A stretch of DNA of 33,250 nt from a virus. Lineage: Duplodnaviria; Caudoviricetes. The stretch spans positions 1-33,250 of the IMG/VR virus record IMGVR_UViG_3300032237_000462. One strand, 5' to 3'. Below, piece by piece: positions 27,996 to 33,250 of the stretch. Both the position numbers and the translations under genes were made by a program. Position 1 is the first letter of the stretch. The number at the start of each line of letters is the position of its first letter. The notes under the pieces are model-generated. The model saw only the letters and a program-made list of their open reading frames with translations. It was not told the origin of the DNA and did not search any database.

Positions 27996-28218
27996 GTATC
28001 TTCTTGAGTCCCAATTCATAGCGTTCATCAATTTCTAATTTGGATAGAATGATGCTGTACATGGTGTATAATAAAATGCTTACCACAAGAATTGTTACGC
28101 CGGTTGTCAACCGTTCTGGGGTTAAGTATGCTGTGACTTCTTTTAGTACCACAGCGGTGCCTGTTGCAATTCCTACAATTCCTACTACCATTAAACCTGC
28201 TTTTATTTTAATATTCAT
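27976..28218 (-). CDS. Small two-helix membrane protein
   Basis: Two hydrophobic segments in 80 aa. Confidence 0.7.
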   Translation of the reverse strand: MNIKIKAGLMVVGIVGIATGTAVVLKEVTAYLTPERLTTGVTILVVSILLYTMYSIILSKLEIDERYELGLKKILDKKFD

Positions 28219-28263
28219 ATTTTCGCTTTCCGAAGTTGTTGTTAATTTACTACTATAACTACA

Positions 28264-28292
28264 ATTATAGACGAAATGGTATTTTTGGTCAA
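28264..28292 (-). promoter_or_regulatory. Sigma70 promoter TTGACC-N17-TATAAT
   Basis: Read directly upstream of 28218. Confidence 0.8.
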
Positions 28293-28306
28293 GAGGTTTA
28301 TGTCAT

Positions 28307-28338
28307 AAAAAAACCTGTTGTTTTTACGCAACAAGTTT
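28307..28338 (-). terminator. Inverted repeat: terminator or operator
   Basis: AAACTTGTTG/CAACAGGTTT stem with a T run on the minus strand; AT-rich and weak. Confidence 0.5.
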
Positions 28339-28359
28339 GTTTTGTTAGTGTTTACTAAC

Positions 28360-28878
28360 TTATTCTAGTCCAGGGAGTAGATTTAAATCAAAAGTCATAG
28401 TAGAAGTTTGCCCAGAGGCTGTTTCAACTTCCCAACCCCAGGTGCCTTCTGCTTCTGTTGAGCGTGGGTCTGGTGGCGGTGGTGATGAATAGGTAGCATT
28501 TGTAACTTCCACATTAGATCTTACGTCGCCCTGGGGGAAAGTTGAGCTAAATCCAGTAGGTCCAGAACTCACTCCGTTTGCAAGACCATTGTAATTTATT
28601 TCAATCTGTTCTAAATACATATCATCACCAGTAATGGCTAAACTTACGGGTAAAGTATATGCATTGCCCGTGGTAATCAATGGAATTTCGCAGGTGAACA
28701 AAATTGTTTGATCGGTAGGCAGCCGAAGAATATCGCTAGATTCTGAAGTTGCAACTGTTCCAGAAAATACCACATTTCCATCAACGGTAGCTGTAATGGT
28801 ACAAGGTGTTAAGGTTAAACCCTCAGCAGGTGGTGTGCTATATCCTTGTCCCCAAAATTGAACTGTTCTATTCGTCAT
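28360..28878 (-). CDS. Probable virion protein (Thr/Ser/Gly-rich, beta)
   Basis: AGGAG RBS, TAAATA at 28898-28903, composition. Confidence 0.6.
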   Translation of the reverse strand: MTNRTVQFWGQGYSTPPAEGLTLTPCTITATVDGNVVFSGTVATSESSDILRLPTDQTILFTCEIPLITTGNAYTLPVSLAITGDDMYLEQIEINYNGLANGVSSGPTGFSSTFPQGDVRSNVEVTNATYSSPPPPDPRSTEAEGTWGWEVETASGQTSTMTFDLNLLPGLE

Positions 28879-28903
28879 AATTTTAATCTCCTATAGTTAT
28901 TTA

Positions 28904-29656
28904 TCATTGCCAATGCTGAATTACTACAGGATCTGCAATTTTATCTGGTTTGGGTCGGCCATGAAATACCAGCACACTTGTAGGATGTATTACTGTGGTA
29001 CCCGTATTAGGTAGCAGATGGCGTTTTTGAGCAAAATTATAGCCACCATCAAAACACTGCCAGCGCCAACTTTTAACCCGATCTACATCAAAAAATCTAC
29101 GTTGCGATGTAGTAATAACGTCTGTGATATAGTCTTGATCTCCATGATATTTTAACATCATTTGAGATAGATCTTTGGCTATAAAATTTTGCCAGACCGA
29201 GTAAAATTGTGCTGTGTTAAACCACATAATACTAGAATTTATAGTGTAATTACTAGGTTTCCACAAATATTTAAAATCTCGCACAGCCCAAAAATAAGTT
29301 AACGGCAAGTTAACTAACCAATCAAGGTTATCAACAATAACTGTATCTAAATCAAAGTATAACAATGGACCATTATGATATTCAGGATTGAATATTTGCA
29401 TTTTATACCACCAAGATCGCTTTGGTCCTGAAATTCTCCAATTTAATAAACTATGTTTAATATACGGTTCTGGAACTAGGCGATCGTCCTCAGTATAAAC
29501 ATGCAATTTTACACCATTAGAAATATTTCGTGATAACATACTGTAAAGTCGATCTACGTATTCCCAACTGTAGACATTGCCGTGTATTACACAGGCGCAG
29601 TCAATTGGGCCAGACGGCGGTTGTACTATAGGGCCGATGCGATTCTTTTTAACCAT
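28904..29656 (-). CDS. GT-A fold glycosyltransferase (GT8-like)
   Basis: WWYKMQIF, LYFDLD (DxD), NSSIM, GDQDYI, FHGRPKP. Confidence 0.8.
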   Translation of the reverse strand: MVKKNRIGPIVQPPSGPIDCACVIHGNVYSWEYVDRLYSMLSRNISNGVKLHVYTEDDRLVPEPYIKHSLLNWRISGPKRSWWYKMQIFNPEYHNGPLLYFDLDTVIVDNLDWLVNLPLTYFWAVRDFKYLWKPSNYTINSSIMWFNTAQFYSVWQNFIAKDLSQMMLKYHGDQDYITDVITTSQRRFFDVDRVKSWRWQCFDGGYNFAQKRHLLPNTGTTVIHPTSVLVFHGRPKPDKIADPVVIQHWQ

Positions 29657-30468
29657 GTTCCTTGTTGTATTTCATTAAGGGTGTATTCAGTATGACAAAT
29701 TTCCACCAGCCATCGGTCACGATCTATTAAGTAAGGTTGTTCTAATTCGGCATACGACACTGATACCGGGTATGCCAGACTTGACATATCCACAATGGGT
29801 CTTGTGCCCGATATTGCAGCCTGTATACCTGTGCCTGAATTGTAATTGACCACAGCATGGCAATCAAAATGCATATCAAAACTGTCATAGGTGTTGGTTA
29901 GCGGATTAGGTTCTTCAAACACTATATCACTAGGTAATAACCGTATGTTCAATGTAGATCTTGGATGTGATCTAACTACAATTGGGCGGTCGCTAAACTG
30001 TTTAATTCTAACAATTTGTTTGTATATCCAAGCCTCAATGCTAGGTAAGTCTGCCACCTGCAAACTGTGTTGATGTTGCGCGGCAATTAAGATCTCAGGA
30101 CGATGAAACGCCGTAACAGCCTGGCTGATCCCTAATTTTCTAGGACGATCCCAGTCTAAATTTTCTGTATGGCCATAGTAGCCATCTGCTGTGATATTGT
30201 TTACAGCAATCTTCCAAGTAGTGCCTCGATATAATGCACCAATTTCTATAATGATTACCGGTTTGACTTGTGCTCTATAGTGCTCGTATACCGCCTTGTT
30301 GGCCTGCATCTTGCCATTCCATAACACTGACCAAATAATAGCCGCATCAGAATCCATGCTGTTTTCTTGCGTTAGTATGCCGGCACCTTGTAGTACATCT
30401 AGCACAGCCGCCATTACTGGGCGGCTGTTTAAGGCACATTGATTAGGAAAATAAGCTATGGTACGCAT
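29626..30468 (-). CDS. KpsC/KpsS-like capsule-biosynthesis glycosyltransferase
   Basis: IIEIGAL, AQHQHS, VRSHPRS, NYNSGTGIQAAISG (HP motif and NS..G..A...G). Confidence 0.65.
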   Translation of the reverse strand: MRTIAYFPNQCALNSRPVMAAVLDVLQGAGILTQENSMDSDAAIIWSVLWNGKMQANKAVYEHYRAQVKPVIIIEIGALYRGTTWKIAVNNITADGYYGHTENLDWDRPRKLGISQAVTAFHRPEILIAAQHQHSLQVADLPSIEAWIYKQIVRIKQFSDRPIVVRSHPRSTLNIRLLPSDIVFEEPNPLTNTYDSFDMHFDCHAVVNYNSGTGIQAAISGTRPIVDMSSLAYPVSVSYAELEQPYLIDRDRWLVEICHTEYTLNEIQQGTWLKRIASAL

Positions 30469-30470
30469 AA

Positions 30471-30486
30471 GGTTAAATATTTAACC
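30471..30486. promoter_or_regulatory. 16-bp perfect palindrome forming a bidirectional TAAATA promoter
   Basis: GGTTAAATATTTAACC fills nearly all of the 18-bp gap between divergent ATGs at 30468 and 30487. Confidence 0.7.
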
Positions 30487-31275
30487 ATGTTACTACCACC
30501 AGTACAGGGAAGTTTATCCCAAGAAAAATTTTTTATATATGCGGCCGCTGATTCAGTTTATTTTGATTTGCATGCTCGACCTTTGATTAAAAGTGTACTT
30601 GCTAATACGCCCGAATACGGAGTACATATACATATCTATGATCCTAGACCAGATCAGATTGAATTTTGTAACACACAACCTGGAGTAAGTTGTACGTACG
30701 AATATCTTGACGATCAAGAATTTGATCGAGTACAAGATTATTGGCAAACTAGAACTGTCTATACTAATGAACGTCAAACACAAATGGGTAAAAAAGGTCG
30801 AACATTTGGTCCAGAAGAACTTAAACGGTTAATTAAGCAAACCTACTATGCTTGTGCTAGGTTTGTTAGATTGGCAGAAATATTACAGCCAGGACAGCGT
30901 TGTTTAAGTATCGACGTTGACGGACTTGTTCGCGGAACTTTTGTGGTTGAGTTGGGCAATGAAGATTTTTATCTGTACGAAAAACCCAAAGACGGTACAC
31001 ACCTAGCAGGTGCTGTGTTGTTTAACGGACAACCTCAATCCGCCGTATTTTTACAAGAGTACGCTGCCGCATTAAAAATTAATATAGAACAGAATGAATT
31101 ATACTGGTTTTTAGATCAAGTAATTTTAGACCAACTGGTTCCTAAATATCGCAAAGGATTGTTGCCAATGAGCTACATTGACTGGGCTATGAAGGATGGT
31201 AGTCCAATTTGGTCTGCTAAAGGCAAACGTAAAGAACTAGAAATCTTCAAGCAAGAACAAAGAAAGTATGCATAA
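30487..31275 (+). CDS. Nucleotide-diphospho-sugar transferase-like protein
   Basis: YYACARF, SIDVDGLV (DxD), YWFLDQ; start reassigned to ATG 30487. Confidence 0.6.
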   Translation: MLLPPVQGSLSQEKFFIYAAADSVYFDLHARPLIKSVLANTPEYGVHIHIYDPRPDQIEFCNTQPGVSCTYEYLDDQEFDRVQDYWQTRTVYTNERQTQMGKKGRTFGPEELKRLIKQTYYACARFVRLAEILQPGQRCLSIDVDGLVRGTFVVELGNEDFYLYEKPKDGTHLAGAVLFNGQPQSAVFLQEYAAALKINIEQNELYWFLDQVILDQLVPKYRKGLLPMSYIDWAMKDGSPIWSAKGKRKELEIFKQEQRKYA

Positions 31276-31874
31276 TGGCAATACTATATAAAAAAGACTG
31301 GGTCAATGAAGAATGGTTTACTGAAGACTACCAAGCCCATAAGCGTGAAAACTTTGAACTACTAGATGCATACTTAAAAACACCGCCCAAGCGTATTTTA
31401 GATATCGGATGCGGACTTGCATGGGAATCGCGGATGTTTAATGAAAAGTATGGTACAGAACTATACTTGTTAGATGGCGACTACGACGACAATCCACAAG
31501 ATCGTGAATTAGTACAAGCTCGTTACAGCGAAGACGCCGGTCGTTTTGCTTTTTACTATAAACTAGATTTTTTGCGGGACCAGTTAGACAAATTAGGAAC
31601 AAAAGACTATCGATTAATTGACAGTAACAATGTTCGATTACCCTGGAATATAAAATTTGATTTGATTACTAGTTGGGTCAGTTGCGGATTTCATTATCCC
31701 GTTAACACCTATCGAGATCTAATCTTAAAACATAGCAACAAAAATACTCGTGTTGTTATGGATTTAAGAATGTTGGCCAAAACTCAAGATCCTGTACTGG
31801 ATGACAACATCGAGCTTGTAGAGATTGTAAACAAGCGTAGGAAATATGTAACGGCCGAGATAAAAATATCATGA
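31275..31874 (+). CDS. Class I SAM-dependent methyltransferase
   Basis: ILDIGCG, FDLITS, GFHYP. Confidence 0.85.
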   Translation: MAILYKKDWVNEEWFTEDYQAHKRENFELLDAYLKTPPKRILDIGCGLAWESRMFNEKYGTELYLLDGDYDDNPQDRELVQARYSEDAGRFAFYYKLDFLRDQLDKLGTKDYRLIDSNNVRLPWNIKFDLITSWVSCGFHYPVNTYRDLILKHSNKNTRVVMDLRMLAKTQDPVLDDNIELVEIVNKRRKYVTAEIKIS

Positions 31875-32632
31875 TCAGCATAGTAATGGCCTATTACAAC
31901 AGGCAAGCCCAGTTAGGTTACACACTCAAAACTATCAGTCGTAGTAGTTATAAGGATGTTGAGATTGTCATTGTCGACGACTTTAGTGCAGCGGATCAGC
32001 AACCAGAACTTATTACTAGTCAGTTTCCAGAACTCAACTTTAACATTATTCACATGCAAGATCGTGTTAAGAAAAAATCCTATTGTAATCCTTGCATACC
32101 GTATAATACAGGATTTAGAGAGAGTAAAGGCGACAAGATTATTATACAAAATCCCGAGTGCTGTCACATAGGAGATGTTGTTGCGTATACCGCCAGTGCG
32201 TTGACAGACGATATATATCTAAGTTATCATGCATATGGTTGTACCAAGCAAGATCTAAAGTTCTTACACGCAGACGAACCCGTACCTATGTTTAGTCACA
32301 AAAAAGCACGTTGGTATAATCATGCGACCGAACGCCCTGTTGGTTTCCACTTTTGCAATGCTATCACTAGAAACAACCTAATCAACATCAACGGCTTTGA
32401 CGAAGCGTACTCGCAAGGGCACAACTACGACGATGCAGAAATACTACATCGTATTAAAAATTTAGGATTGCCTATCAAGTTTGTTGCTGATCCGTGGGTA
32501 ATTCATCAGTATCATCACAAAAGTTACGGCCATCCAGATAATCCCGAACCAACGGTAGACAACAAGGCCATGTATGAAGCACTACTGCAAACGGATCAAG
32601 TTAGAGCCAACAATCAAGAGAGCATTCAATGA
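31871..32632 (+). CDS. GT2 glycosyltransferase with GT7-like C-terminus
   Basis: ISIVMAYYNR, IVIVDDFS, NGFDEAY..G..YDDAE. Confidence 0.88.
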   Translation: MISIVMAYYNRQAQLGYTLKTISRSSYKDVEIVIVDDFSAADQQPELITSQFPELNFNIIHMQDRVKKKSYCNPCIPYNTGFRESKGDKIIIQNPECCHIGDVVAYTASALTDDIYLSYHAYGCTKQDLKFLHADEPVPMFSHKKARWYNHATERPVGFHFCNAITRNNLININGFDEAYSQGHNYDDAEILHRIKNLGLPIKFVADPWVIHQYHHKSYGHPDNPEPTVDNKAMYEALLQTDQVRANNQESIQ

Positions 32633-33156
32633 AACATACTATTAAAGGAAAACGTGCCAGTAGCAATGACGCACTAGTGGCCTACTTAAAAGAAAACGTA
32701 GAATCTGGTAGTAGTTTGCTGGACGTTGGCTGTGGGCCAAAACTCTACAGTACACCCTTGCTAGATCAATGCTCACGTGTGCTGACCATTGATGCATGGG
32801 CATGGGTTGGGCCCGATATTGTAGCAGATTTAGAACAAACAGTAGTTTCAGAAATCGTCAAGGAACGATTTGACTACATCTTGATGCTTGACTTTATTGA
32901 ACACTTAGACAAAGCGGCTGGACTACGACTTATAGAAGATTGTAAACAAGTTGTTAACAAGAAAATATTTTTATTAACTCCGATGGAAGAAATCTGGACA
33001 GAAAATCATGAACATGTTGAGGATCCAAGTTTGTGGTGCTACGGCAATGAATACGATTTACACAAGAGCTTGTGGACCCGCGAAGATTTTACAGGGTGGG
33101 CCGCAATTACTTTACCAAAATTTAAAAATTATTATGTAGGATATTATACACCATGA
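32629..33156 (+). CDS. Class I SAM-dependent methyltransferase
   Basis: LLDVGCG, FDYILMLDFIEHL, HKSLW. Confidence 0.85.
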   Translation: MKHTIKGKRASSNDALVAYLKENVESGSSLLDVGCGPKLYSTPLLDQCSRVLTIDAWAWVGPDIVADLEQTVVSEIVKERFDYILMLDFIEHLDKAAGLRLIEDCKQVVNKKIFLLTPMEEIWTENHEHVEDPSLWCYGNEYDLHKSLWTREDFTGWAAITLPKFKNYYVGYYTP

Positions 33157-33250
33157 AAATAACTGTATTTGGTAGCAAAGGAATGGCTGGCCACATGATT
33201 GTTGCGTACTTGCGCAAACAAGGACATATAGTCACAGCATTAGATCGTAC
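33153..33250 (+). CDS. NAD-dependent sugar epimerase/RmlD-like reductase, 5' fragment cut by the window edge
   Basis: MKITVFGSKGMAGHMIVAYLRKQGHIVTALDR (GxxGxxG Rossmann motif); ATGA coupling. Confidence 0.8.
   Translation, partial: MKITVFGSKGMAGHMIVAYLRKQGHIVTALDR

Noticed and set aside
4323-32171. Many antisense 60-120 aa ORFs and extended starts (4648, 7576, 12802, 13883, 21039, 30439)
   Set aside because: They overlap well-supported genes; downstream ATGs fit RBS, coupling or promoter positions better.
1-33250. Stop-codon recoding, tRNA or rRNA genes
   Set aside because: TAA, TAG and TGA all end conserved genes at expected lengths. Intergenic gaps are tiny and no cloverleaf was seen by eye; tRNAscan-SE would confirm.

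Overview
A 33 kb gene-dense, AT-rich, mostly minus-strand segment of a large tailed dsDNA bacteriophage with a distantly T4-like replication gene set. It reads with the standard bacterial code, and the host is probably proteobacterial (inference from IscU/IscA/NrdA). In order it contains: class Ia nrdA (cut by the left edge), a beta-helix tailspike-like protein, a PD-(D/E)xK exonuclease, IscU and IscA, a late block of probable head-associated proteins (including a 648-aa nucleotidyltransferase + KxDG ligase-like fusion), DnaB-like helicase, primase, a 189-aa mini DnaE-like polymerase, an endonuclease VII-type nuclease, a gp62-like clamp-loader subunit, a UvsW-like helicase, an AAA ATPase, and the start of a glycosyltransferase/methyltransferase cluster. 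Four GT10-like paralogs and two SGNH-like genes are scattered among the core genes. Two promoter classes are visible: sigma70-type and TAAATA late-type. Many sit only 6-9 nt from an ATG, which implies leaderless mRNAs. The most unusual items are the NTase-ligase fusion with protease-like cleavage sites, the minimal DnaE, and a structured 3' UTR carrying an anti-Shine-Dalgarno sequence complementary to its own gene's RBS. All family calls come from motif recognition by eye; no searches were run.
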